DNA from: Octopus vulgaris
Taxonomy: Eukaryota
NCBI GenBank assembly: GCA_951406725.2
Contig: OX597816.1
Span: forward strand, 119,474,001-119,538,000
Direction of reading: 5' to 3'
DNA length: 64,000 bases
The notes under the pieces are model-generated. The model did not search any database, was not told the DNA's origin, and worked only from the letters and a program-made list of their open reading frames with translations. Made by a program: the position numbers and the translations under genes. This document shows, piece by piece, positions 13,569 through 26,496 of the stretch; positions within the stretch are counted from its first letter, which is position 1; each line of letters begins with the position of its first letter.

Positions 13569-13945
13569 TTAGGGAAAACGGTTACAACAACAGATGTGTT
13601 TTTGGTTATACTGAACATCTGCGGCGAAGCATAAAACGAATCCTCTTGATCGATAGACAGCGGAAAATCCAACGCTTCGGGTAAAGTACTTTTTCTGGGA
13701 GAAGTAGGCAAGAGTAAAATTAAAGACACACCAAAGTATGACATCCTCTATGTTAGGAAAACGGTTACAACTACCTATGTATTTTTGGTCATACTGAACA
13801 TCTGAAGCGAAGCATAAACCGAATCATCTTGATCGATAGACGGTGGAAAATCCAACGTTTCGGGTAAAGTACTTCTTCAGGGAGATGTAGGCAGGAGTGA
13901 AATTAAAGACACACCAAAGTATTACATCCTCTATGTTAGGAAAAC
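13569..13945 (-). repeat. Tandem ~183-bp direct repeat (two units plus a stub), probably a Penelope pseudo-LTR pair
   Basis: Units start at TTAGG(G)AAAAC at 13569, 13753 and 13936. Each full unit carries a hammerhead-like block, intact in unit 2 and mutated in unit 1. Confidence 0.85.
13851..13883 (-). ncRNA. Minimal type-I hammerhead ribozyme motif with canonical core
   Basis: Minus strand TCC-CTGAAGA-AGTACTTTACCC-GAAA-CGTT-GGA: stem I TCC/GGA, CUGANGA, GTA/TAC stem II, GAAA, palindromic ACGT stem III, GUU (NUH) site. Confidence 0.7.
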
Positions 13946-14455
13946 TTACTGCAACTGATGAGCAACAGAAGACGACGTGAGCTTCGTACGTTAGCAGGAA
14001 GCTGTAGCCCAGCGGCACTTGGTGGAAGAGATAATATGCGCAAACTTTGCGGCACTCTTTATACGCTGCTCATAGAAGACGTACATTGCTTCCTTGCTCC
14101 AGTCAAGTGGGGAAGGAAGCTCTCTTTCTTCAGCAAGAAGGTTATGTTTACTTGTCTTTATATTTATATTCAAACCACGGTGAGGCTTTATAAATACTTT
14201 TATTTCAGTTTTGTTTTCTTATTTATTCTACGTTATGCATAATTAGACGTATATACAATATATGTTCGAGTAAAATTATATATAACATGTTCGAGTGCAG
14301 TCTGACATGGGAAGAACTTTTGCTGTAGAAATATTCTCGGGAGAAAATCTCCTCGACATGTGTGAAAACACGTTGGACTGCAATGACAGACAGACAGACA
14401 AGCATACAGACAATCAGACAGACATACAGACATACAGACAGGCAGACAGGCAGAC

Positions 14456-14553
<98 letters not shown>

Positions 14554-15500
14554 GTAAACGTATATGAGTGGAAAAGAGCTATGCGAGATATTGTGCATTG
14601 CTTCATTTTGCTTCTGCTTAAGTGTATGAACATATATAAGCCTCTATCTCGAGAGTGTGTGTATTTGTTTCAGACACGGAGCTAAGTGTAAGCAACAATA
14701 ATGTTCATACTGAGAACTGAAGTTAAATGGAAACACTTGAACTAAAGCAATTTTTCTAAGCAATATTCAGCAGAACTATTCATTCATTTATTTGAAAATT
14801 AACAATTTAGATATAAACATAATTCACTCTATAATAATTCATAATATAGTTGCACAAACGTTTTGCTTTCGTTTCTGTTTGTTAGTCATTTATTTCTTCT
14901 ATGTATTTTTCTCGTTTTGTTCTAAAACCTAGAATATTCTATTTGGCAATCCCTCAAGGAGCATTGTAAAAGAAGGACATCAGCTAAGTCATATTTAATA
15001 TCTTTCTCAATATGTAGTTTGATAGGCAATATGTTTTTTTTTTTTCAGCAAATAAAAACAGTTAAAAAGAATGAAAAAGAGAGAAAAACATGAACAAAGA
15101 TACTTGCTTGCTCTACAGATCATATTCAGTAGTTGGATTATATATAAATCTTATAAGAAGTGATTTTTTAAATATGATATTTATCTATTTTATATATCTG
15201 TATATTTGTTTTCGCAAGCTTTGTATATTTATCTCCTCTATGTGTTCATATGTGTATATGTGTATGTGAGTTTGCCTGTGTGTGTATAGATATAGATATA
15301 TGTGTGTATATATATATAAGTGCATATGTGCGTATGTTTGATTGCATGTATGCATACGTTTTGTATTGCAGTGTTAGTCTTAACTACTGTTCCATTCACA
15401 TGGTGTCATTAGATGACGTGTCAACATATATACAAATATATACACGCATACATGATACATACACTGAGAATTCATATCCATAGCTTTCTCTGCCTGTACA

Positions 15501-15562
<62 letters not shown>

Positions 15563-15616
15563 TATGTAGATACATGTATAAATATATTCATGTATATGTA
15601 CACACACACACACACA

Positions 15617-15704
<88 letters not shown>

Positions 15705-15709
<5 letters not shown>

Positions 15710-16651
15710 TTTCTTTAACATGATACCGAGAAGAAAAGGATACCTTAATATTTAAATGGTCCGCAGGTGCTAAATCTGGCGAATAGGGCGGGTGCGGAAG
15801 CGATATCATGATGTTCTTGACGATAAAATCCAGAGTGAGGAGAACGCGTTGGCAGGGTGCATTGTCATCATGAAGAATCTAATTCTTTGCGCTTCACAGA
15901 TCCAATCGCTTTCGCCAAATGTCGTCCCTCAGACACTTCAAAACATCGCAGTAGAACACTCGATTGACGGTCTGGCTCTGAGGGACGAATTGTCGAAGCA
16001 CAATAACGCGGATGTCGAATGGAAAAAATGATGAGCATGCTCTTCTTTGAGCTGCGACTCTGTTGTGCTTTCTTCGGTCATGGAGATGAAAGCCTCTTCC
16101 ATTGGGACGACTGCTGCTTCGTCTTTGAGTCGTACACGTTAACCCAACTCTCGTCACTGGTGATGATCCTCGACATGAAGTAGATCTTGACAGACATCGA
16201 TGCAACCTTCTTTTTGCTCAGTGGTCAGCAGGCGGATTACAAACTTGGCAGAGACACACTGCATGTACAATTTAGACATTAGGATTGCCCACGTGGACTC
16301 ATACGACAGACCAATAACACCAGTAATGCGACTGATTGTCCTCATGCACAAGCTGTGAATTTTCTCCACATGTCCAGGGGTGACGTTCGTGGCAGGTCTT
16401 CCAGATCGCTCATCGTTTTCCAAGAACGTTCCTCCGCCTTTGAAGCGTCCCTGCCACTCGAAACATTGCGACTACAGCATACACGTGATCACAAAGAACA
16501 CAAATTTCGCAACTTACGAAGTAAACACAGCAATGCCAATTGGCACACTGCCTCATGAAAGTCACTGCTAGCTGACACTGCGCATGAAACAGTGTGCTAC
16601 AATCTGCTGGCACACTACAGAGCTAGTCCAGGAATTTTCGATACCACCTCA
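15705..16651 (-). mobile_element. Decayed mariner transposon (irritans-like), one TIR
   Basis: ENDERSGRP, VSAKFVIRLLT, FDIRVIV..FVPQSQTVNRVFYCDVL and LPHPPYSPDLAPAD motifs in split frames. Terminus ...GAATTTTCGATACCACCTCATA. Confidence 0.9.
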
Positions 16652-16719
16652 TATAGTCGTAAATTCTAGTATACCTTGCTTACTTGGTTGTGACTTACCA
16701 AGGAATCCAATATCCGATG

Positions 16720-17160
16720 ATAACCGTCTTCTTCAGTTATGGTCTTGTAAGGCTGAATCTAGTATGTACAGCTTCGGTCGAAGACATAACAAATATTTGG
16801 TCAGAAATGCTGTGTGTAGATATATGCGTAAGGTTTTTTATCGATTTTCCAGCCGCACTTTTTCTTTTTAATATCTTGTTTCTTTTTAATATTTTGAATC
16901 CTCGGCCAAAGATGAGACTACGAAATTTAGCAACGAGTGACAATGTCCTTCATTATTTAAGGTTGATACTGCTGTACTTTAAAGTGATCTTTAACTGGTC
17001 TTTGAGCTGTTTCCTTGATTTTCCTGTTAGACGTAGACCATGATGTATGTAAATGGCCGTAGGACTTTGTAAGAATAAGACGTAAGTCACACGTGCGCAC
17101 TACTAGTCCGAACCGTCCCAGTTGATGTCTGAATAGTGTGAATTGACTACTGTCAGCATT
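16720..17160 (-). mobile_element. Decayed RTE-clade LINE 3' fragment
   Basis: Minus strand GLRLTGKSRKQLKDQLKITLKYSSINL resembles the RTE G.R..G...K..KD.LK..LK...I motif. Confidence 0.55.
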
Positions 17161-18879
17161 GATTTGCTTGAGAATTTCAGCATGAGCATTAATGCATTAT
17201 CACATCATTCATCTGCAAACGTTATCCTATTCTATATTCGTATGTAGAGTGACTCAATGTCGGGTTAACATCAATCATACCCTGACGATAATGTTGTTGC
17301 TGTTGCTGCTGTTGTTTAGATTTAACTAAGCCCTAATAGTTAATAGATCAGACAGCTGGTAAGAAAATATTTCAGCCATCACCATCCTGCCTGTTATTGA
17401 GAAACCCCGGACTATATTATTTCTGTTATTTGGTAAGACGATAGAATGTGATTTGGTTGTTATTTCTAGCAATTCGTTGTCCACATAGAGATTCTTTCAT
17501 TAGCTGACCTCCATGTGGCTCAGAGTTTTCATTTTTTAGTATTGTCACAAGATATTTTGGTCGTTCAATATAGTTGATCAAAATTACTTCTAAAAGCAAT
17601 GTATAACTGTATCATGCAAAGATCTTTTTGATGGAGTGGTTAAACTCCATTGATGAAGTTTTCATCCAAACTAGAGATATGTGTTGGACTTAAAGCAGAC
17701 TTGGACACTCTTTCACTGACTGGGTGACCCTGAAAATACTTAAATCGTTAGTGGTTTGATATATTTGAAACTAATATATTCAGAATCTATTTGTAAAAGA
17801 AGTCTTCATTAGTCCCTCGATTTGGCATCACCTGGCACCTTGGACACATTTACCGGAAGAGTCCACTCTGTTGAAAGCATTTGAACTAGGTACCCGGTTC
17901 GAAGATATCTTCCTCCCCGTTTCTCCTACTCGTCTCAGAAGCCATGATAAAGGAACATAGACACTACCCTCCTTTAAGATGAAGAGACGAAACAGTACAG
18001 AAAAATAGACCGATGGCTTTCAGAATCGGCTAACACACACACATACATACATATATATAAGGATAACATTTTTCAAAAACATTTTATCAGTGGCCACCAT
18101 AGACGATCTAAGGTCTATTTTTCAGCATATTATCATAGAAAATGGGTTTTTTTGCCCTTATTTATAATTGTTTATATATATGAAAGTATGGTAAGAAGCT
18201 TGCTTACGAACCACATGGTTCCGGATTCAGTACCACTGCGTGATATCTTGAGTGAGTGTCTTCTACTATAGCCTTAGGTCGACCAAAGCCTTGAGAGTGA
18301 ATTTGGTAGATGGAAACTGAAAGGCGCTTGTCGTATATGTATGTTTATGTTTGTGTGTCTTTGTGTCTGCATTTGTCCCCCAACCATCGCTTGAAAACTG
18401 ATGTCGGTGTGTTTACGTATCCGTAACTTAGTGGCTCGGCAAAAATGGAGTTATATACTAAGTACTAGGCTTACAAAGAATAAGTCCCGAGGTTGATTTC
18501 TGCAACTAAAACCCTTTAAGGCGGTGTTCCAGCATGACCGCATTCAAATGACTGAAGCAAGTAAAAGAATATGGATGTAGTGAAAGATATATGTGTGTGT
18601 GTGTTGTTTATGTGTGTGTGCGTATGTGTGTGTGTATGCAGATAGATAGATAGATAGATTATATGCATATATGTATGTGTGCAACTGTTGATGCATGCAT
18701 GTATGTATGTATGTGTGTATGTATGTATGTATGTGTGTATGTATCTATCTATCTGTCTGTCTGTCTATCTGTCTGTCTGTCTATCTGTCTGTCTGTCTAT
18801 CCATCTACCTACCTACATGTTTGTCTGTTTATCTACCTACCTACCTGCCTACCTATCCATATCTATATCTATCTATCTG

Positions 18880-18918
<39 letters not shown>

Positions 18919-18939
18919 GTCTATCTATCTATCTATCTA

Positions 18940-21102
18940 CCACGACTCTCGACAAGAAAGGCAGGGTGCTGCGAAGGTGCCATCACGGCGGCGGAAGTGC
19001 AGGACGCGATGGCAGAATGCTCAAGGGACAAATCACCGGGTTTGGATGGTCTACCCTACGAGCTTTACAATTGTATGCCAGACTTGTTTGGAGATCTCTT
19101 GGCGGCGGTGTACTGCAACTGGCAGCAAAACGGGAGCATTCCTGGTTTTGTGAGCCGAGGAGCCGTAACACTGCTGAAGAAAGATCTAAACAAGGGAAAT
19201 GTAATAGATAACTTTAGGCCCATCACTCTGCTTAATGCAGACTTGAAAATTTTGGCCAAGGTGCTAGCCAAGAGGTTGGCGCTTGTCATCGAGAAACTGG
19301 TCGACAAGGCGCAAACATGCGCCGTGCCGGGCCGGACCATCCATGACAACCTCCACCTGATGCGCTACATCATAGACAGGGTAGTTAACGAACCTGGCAT
19401 GGGTGGGGCGCTGATCAATTTGGATCAATCGAAAGTTTTCGATAGGGTGGACCATCGATACTTGGAGGCGGTCCTCAGAGCGGCTGGCTTCGGTCCCGTC
19501 TTCCGCGGCTGGATAGCCGCTTTGTACAGAGGCATCCGTTCGGTAATTCGCGTGAATGGACATCTATCGAGACCCTTCGACATCGCACGTTCGGTCCGTC
19601 AGGGATGCCCCCTCTCGTCGCTTCTATACGTATTGACTCTCGAGCCATTATTGCGGAAGCTGGCAATTTTGAGGGGCATCCCGCGAGAACTGGGATGCGG
19701 GACGAGCGTGTCTGCATACGCGGACGACGTCACTGTCATAGTGTCTAGCCACGAGCACATCGAGCAGGTCGGCGAGACACTGAAAAACTACGAAGCGGTG
19801 ACAGGAGCGAAAATCAACCGGGAAAAGTCAGTGGGCTTGCGACTAGGCACCTGGAGAAGCAAGCCCATGCCGTCCACCAGCGCCTCCGTCGTGGGACGCT
19901 GGACCGACGGCCCGGTTGAGTTGCTCGGGGTCTGGTTTGGTCCGGACCTCCAAGTGGAGAAGAACTGGAACGAGATAACGAGTAGGGTGGTCATTCTCGC
20001 CCGGCAATGGGCCGAGAGGAAACTATCCCTAAAAGGTCGGGCGGAGGTGGCGAACACGTACATCGCGTCCGTCATCTACTACCGCCTGACTGTCGTGCCT
20101 TGTCCCGACCCTACCATCACCAAACTACAACGCATTCTCTTTCGCTTCTTGTGGAAAGGATGCGTCCCGATGGTCAGGCGATCCATTTGCTGTCAACACC
20201 CGTTAAAAGGAGGACTGGGCATGCCGTGGTTGATGATGCGCAGACACGCGCTGAGACTGCGACATCTCAGGCTCTTCGTAGACGACGGTGAACAGGTGTG
20301 GTCGCCGTTTGTGAGGCACGCTTTCCCGCAGCTCGTCTCCATGACCGAACTGCAGTCGTGGATCAAAAAGAGGCCGAGGAAGGGCGAATGGCACCGCGAG
20401 TGTCGCGTTGTTCTCAAGCAACTCTGCCGTCCTGGGTCGACCTTGAGTGACTTCAACACAACCAAAGCATTCTATAGGCGATTAGTGGAGGGGAGGTACG
20501 ACGACGAGCTCGGAGCGAACCTGGACGTCGACGAGGAATACCTGACCCGCCTGTTCAGGACGACTTTCGGGCCAGGTCCCATGGACAACTTCCAGAGATC
20601 CCTGGCCTGGCAGTGCTACCGAGAAGCGCTACCCGTTCGGGATAAGCTCTACAGACACGGCTCGAGAAACACGGGGCCGACCTGCCCGAGATGCGGTCAG
20701 AGCGACGAAACCGTTCTGCACGCACTCGTTCAGTGTCCAACAATTTCCGACCTGTGGGCTTATGTCGAACAACTGCTGTCACGTGTGGGACGAGTCGGTT
20801 TATCAGCTGAGTCTATCGTCAATATTGTCACGCCTCCTTCCTTCAAACGGGAAGGAAGAGCTATTTTCATCATCCTTGTGGCTATGGCGAAAGAATGTAT
20901 CTGGTGGACGCGTCTGAAAGGATTGGAGACAAACACTTTCCTCTCTGGTCAATCTCTCATCAACTTCTTCAAGTACCACTTGAAAAGGAAAGTGAGAGTA
21001 GAGAGGCAAGTTTTGTCTAGCGAACGTTTTAAAAAACAATGGGTGAATGTAGCAAGGATGGCACGTATGAATGACGAAGCCACCTTGAGCATAATCCTAT
21101 GA
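18940..21102 (+). CDS. ORF2 reverse transcriptase plus C-terminal CCHC zinc knuckle (APE endonuclease lost by 5' truncation)
   Basis: About 720 uninterrupted codons: KSPGLDGLPYELY, FRPITLLNADLKILAK, RQGCPLS, SAYADD, LSLKGR, GGLG, CPRC..ETVLHALVQC. Confidence 0.93.
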   Translation, partial: PRLSTRKAGCCEGAITAAEVQDAMAECSRDKSPGLDGLPYELYNCMPDLFGDLLAAVYCNWQQNGSIPGFVSRGAVTLLKKDLNKGNVIDNFRPITLLNADLKILAKVLAKRLALVIEKLVDKAQTCAVPGRTIHDNLHLMRYIIDRVVNEPGMGGALINLDQSKVFDRVDHRYLEAVLRAAGFGPVFRGWIAALYRGIRSVIRVNGHLSRPFDIARSVRQGCPLSSLLYVLTLEPLLRKLAILRGIPRELGCGTSVSAYADDVTVIVSSHEHIEQVGETLKNYEAVTGAKINREKSVGLRLGTWRSKPMPSTSASVVGRWTDGPVELLGVWFGPDLQVEKNWNEITSRVVILARQWAERKLSLKGRAEVANTYIASVIYYRLTVVPCPDPTITKLQRILFRFLWKGCVPMVRRSICCQHPLKGGLGMPWLMMRRHALRLRHLRLFVDDGEQVWSPFVRHAFPQLVSMTELQSWIKKRPRKGEWHRECRVVLKQLCRPGSTLSDFNTTKAFYRRLVEGRYDDELGANLDVDEEYLTRLFRTTFGPGPMDNFQRSLAWQCYREALPVRDKLYRHGSRNTGPTCPRCGQSDETVLHALVQCPTISDLWAYVEQLLSRVGRVGLSAESIVNIVTPPSFKREGRAIFIILVAMAKECIWWTRLKGLETNTFLSGQSLINFFKYHLKRKVRVERQVLSSERFKKQWVNVARMARMNDEATLSIIL

Positions 21103-21561
21103 ACCCAGAAATTGAAAACAGAGGGTTACCCACTTGCAAACAAATGTGGTAACATATAACAATATTGACCAAGGTTACCGTGGTCTTTTTCGTAGGCTTT
21201 TCTTCCCACGGATAAACCTTACTTGCTTTCCCCTTTACACCATATATCATAACACTGTGATACACGATCCCTATTGATCGTTTTTTTTTCCTCTTCCCCT
21301 TTTTTTTCCCTTTTTTTTTCTTTTTTCATTTCTCTTTTCTTTTGTTCCTTTTCCTTTTCTTTTTTTTCTTTTTCTTTTTTCTTTTTTCTTTTATTTATTT
21401 TTTTTTTCTTTTCTTCCCTTTTACGATCCCTCTTGATCGAAAACATACGCCACACCCTTTTTTTTCCTTTTGTTTTTTGTTTTCTTCATCCCCCAAAAGA
21501 AAAGCTCTACCTTGTAACTTGTCCCATCTGTGTGCAGCCCTGTGTGGCCAATAAAGAAACT
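18940..21561 (+). mobile_element. Tx1/L1-group LINE, 5'-truncated and young, inserted in a (TCTA/TCTG)n microsatellite
   Basis: Sharp switch from microsatellite to GC/CpG-rich coding sequence. Pyrimidine-rich 3' UTR; ends AATAAAGAAACT and returns to TATCTATCT. Confidence 0.95.
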
Positions 21562-22751
<1,190 letters not shown>

Positions 22752-22753
22752 GG

Positions 22754-22808
<55 letters not shown>

Positions 22809-23592
22809 GTAGGTAGGTAGGTATGTAGGTAGGTAGGTAGGTAGGTATGTAGGTAGGTAGGTAGGTAGGTAGGTAGGTAGGTAGGTTTGTAGGTAGTTAG
22901 ATAGATACATGCATACACACATACGTACGTACGTACATGCATGCATGCATACATACATACATACATACATACACAGAGCGAGAAAGGCAGATGGATAGAC
23001 AGACAGATTGATAGTCATACAGATACAAACAACTCTAGACAAAACACGTACAGCAGTAGTCCATCTGTCACGCAGGTTAGTAAAACATTAAATTACCAAT
23101 ATACGACAGGCCCAACTCGGTTTATGTTGATAAAGTAGGACGTTACATAAGTTGTTAAGAATTTAATATTTAATGCAGTGTTTGAAATGTTCATTATGTA
23201 AATTCCGTCAATATAATCCGATATTAGGTTGTCGACACCATCTGTCAACCATATTGCAACATGTACACACACACATACGCACGCACGCACACACACACAC
23301 ACACACATACGCGTGCACACGCACACACACACACTCACACTCACACACACATACAAATAGGTATGTGAGTAAGTCAATTCATGTTTGGAGTGTTACTTGG
23401 AGTGTAATGGTACCACGACCAGCCGAGATACGCTACTACCTCGATTCGAAGCACGAAGGTGGTTGCCTTTCCTTTAAGTGCTTTTCTATTTTCTATTAAT
23501 GTATTATGAGTAACTAGGTATAATTACACTTGCATTCAAGTTACATCATTAAACATACATATATACATACATACATATATACATACATACAT

Positions 23593-24046
23593 CAGGTTTA
23601 TTCCTGTAATTATTGGGGCACTGGGATATGTAACACACTGCCTAAATACCAATCTTGAGAGATTACGCTTCTTAAAACCAGAAAGGAGAAAGCTACTCCG
23701 AAAACTACATATTCAATCCATCACTGGAACTGTAAAAATTTTAAAACTTATCAAAATTTAGCATTTAAATATAAGCATGTCTAGATATGCAATTATCTGC
23801 ATCAGAATACATACATAAAACAAAACATATAAATCTACACATATACATACATACATACATACATGCATACACACATACATACATACATACATACATACAT
23901 ACATACATACATACATACATACATACATACATAGAAAAATATCCTGTTGTTGATGTTGAAATTCCAATGAAGGAGCCTTGGATCTAGGTAAGAAACCGGC
24001 TCATTCTCTATCGACGAGAACTCTTGAAATAAAACTGAATAATGAC
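23593..24046 (+). mobile_element. (CATA)n-associated REL-endonuclease LINE, 3' end plus 3' UTR
   Basis: RFIPVIIGALGYVTHCL...ERRKLLRKLHIQSITGTVKI, similar to 31219-31509. The UTR block is shared with 58266-58370. Embedded in (CATA)n. Confidence 0.75.
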
Positions 24047-24081
24047 ACCCCTACCCCCACCCACCCCACACACACGCACGC

Positions 24082-24112
<31 letters not shown>

Positions 24113-24117
24113 AATAC

Positions 24118-24548
24118 ACAGGGTGCGCCAATTTTGTTTTGTTTTTTTTAAGAAAAAGACGCATAGCCCATTAAAAGAAAATGTTGCATTTGAAAACAAA
24201 TTGGAAGAGATAATCTTGAGAATCCTTTTATCACACCTATTCAATGAATCCTCTGTTAGCAACAATGGCTGTTTCAATACGGGGTCTGAAGCATTGACAA
24301 GTCCGAATCAGATTATCTTCATCAATTTGGAAACAGTGCTGCTTATGGCGGACTTGAGAGATTGTATGAAGTCATGGAGCTGTCGATTGACCTCTCTCTC
24401 AACTATACCCCATACGGAATAGTCAATTGGATTGAAGTCTGGTATGCTAGGAGGCCATCTGTCTGAGAGAACGTAATCAATGAGATTGGTGCACATCCAT
24501 TTTTGTGTTGTCCTAGCTTTATGAGACGGCACAGAGTCTTGCAAAATG
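24118..24548 (-). mobile_element. maT-family (DD37D) Tc1/mariner 3' fragment with TIR
   Basis: QDSVPSH...WPPSIPDFNPIDY has 37 residues between the last two Asp. Terminus CAGGGTGCGCCA. Confidence 0.85.
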
Positions 24549-24840
24549 TACAGTCATCATAGAGTTCTTAGAAGTGTAGTATATTCTGAGTCACATTAGT
24601 ATACATACACAAATATGCACATGGACTTTCTCCCTCTTCTTGCTCTATTAGAAAATTTGAGTAAAATTATATTAATGTGTCCAATTGCTTAAATTTTTTT
24701 TTTTATTTATGCAGCTGAAGATAGCACTGCATTTAAATTGATGTAATGATTGCATTGTTCAATTAAGTGGAGTTGCTTGAAACGGTCATATTGCATTATT
24801 ACTTGATATCCTGTTGCATATTTTGATTATCGATAGATAA

Positions 24841-24915
<75 letters not shown>

Positions 24916-24984
24916 TGTAGAGAGAGGGAGGAGAGGAGAGAGAGATACACATAGATGGTATATGTATATGTGTGCGTGTGTATG

Positions 24985-25015
<31 letters not shown>

Positions 25016-25461
25016 TTGTGTGTATCTGTCCCCTCTATATAGACAAATATGCATGCATTGTATACACACACATTTTATTGTTTTAGTCATTAGACTACGG
25101 CCATGCTGGGGCACTGCCTTGAAGAATTTTTAGTCGAATGAATCGATCCCAGTACTTTTTGTTTAGCTTGGTACTTATCCTATTGGTCCCTTTTGCTGAA
25201 CCACTAAGTTACGGAGACGTAAACACCGTAATGCCGCGTGTCAAAGATATATTTACATACAAAGACACAAGCATATAGGTATATTTATAATGGACTTCTC
25301 TCAGTTTCCACCTACCAAACCCACTTACAAGGTTCTGATCGGCCTGAGGTTATAGAAGACATTTGCCCAAGGTGCAACCTGCAATCATGTGGTTGGGAAG
25401 AAAACTTCCTACTGCAGAGCTACGTGCGTCAATTCCATGTAAATTCATTATATTTAATAGT

Positions 25462-25668
25462 AAGGTGGCTCAGTGGTTAGAGCGTTGAGCTTACGATCGT
25501 GAGGTTGTGAGTTCGATTCCCGGAGCGGGCTGCGTGTTGTGTTCTTGAGCAAGACACTTTATTTCACGTTGCTCCAGTTTACTCAGCTGTAGAAATGAGT
25601 TACGACATCACTGGTGCCAAGCTGTATCGGCCTTTGTCTTTCCCTTGGATAGCATCGATGGCGTGGAG
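25462..25668 (+). mobile_element. SINE family 3 (tRNA-derived)
   Basis: A box TGGCTCAGTGG and B box GTTCGATTCC followed by TTGAGCAAGACACTT body. Related fragment at ~275-355(-). Confidence 0.85.
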
Positions 25669-25707
25669 AAACACAGACACAAAGACACACACACATATAT
25701 ACATATG

Positions 25708-25795
<88 letters not shown>

Positions 25796-26496
25796 CTTCT
25801 TTCAGTTTCCTTCAACCAAATCCACGAAGAATTTTTTAATACTAAAAACCTTGCGAATATAAATTATTGCCATTCCCTTATTACTTCCACTTACTCTTCC
25901 TTATTTTTACAGAGCTGTTGGTCACTTTCAGCTTAATTTTGATTTCAAATTTTGGCACAACGCCAGTAATTTCGGGGAAATGGGTAAGTCGATTATATTG
26001 ACCTCAGTGCTCAACTGGTACATTTTGTTTTATCCACCCCGAAATGATGGAAGGCAGCATTTGAACTCAGAACGTAAAGTCGGAAGAAGTGCCACTAAGC
26101 ATTTTATCCGGCACGGTAACGATTCTGCCAGCTCACCGACCTTACCTTCAACTTGATATTGAGCTGGAGTTTTCGAGAGTCTAGTAGCGTGGAACAATAT
26201 TTCAGTCTTTTCCACAAAATTACGTACTTTCTAAGTACAACCATACTTTTTTATTATTATAAATTACACTAAGACAAATTTTTTAAAAAGCATATATTTC
26301 CGATGTAAGATACGAAATTCTGAGGATAGGGTTGAACGACCGAAAACTTACACATGTATTAACATCGGTTTATCTCAGACATTTAGATATTTGCTTTTTC
26401 TGTTATTTGCTTTTTCTTGTTATTTTGTTCTGTATGATAAAAGAATTCATCTTGCTTGTCGTCTGCACATGATTTCCAAGTTTACTACTCATTACA

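Noticed and set aside
13955-13975. Plus-strand hammerhead starting CTGATGAG
   Set aside because: No stem II or GAAA follows.
18679-18939. N-terminal 87 aa of the 807-aa ORF as a fusion domain
   Set aside because: It is translated (TATG)n/(TCTA)n microsatellite that happens to lack stops in frame with the truncated RT.
25462-25535. tRNA gene
   Set aside because: A and B boxes are present but there is no proper acceptor stem, and the sequence continues into a SINE body found elsewhere in the window.
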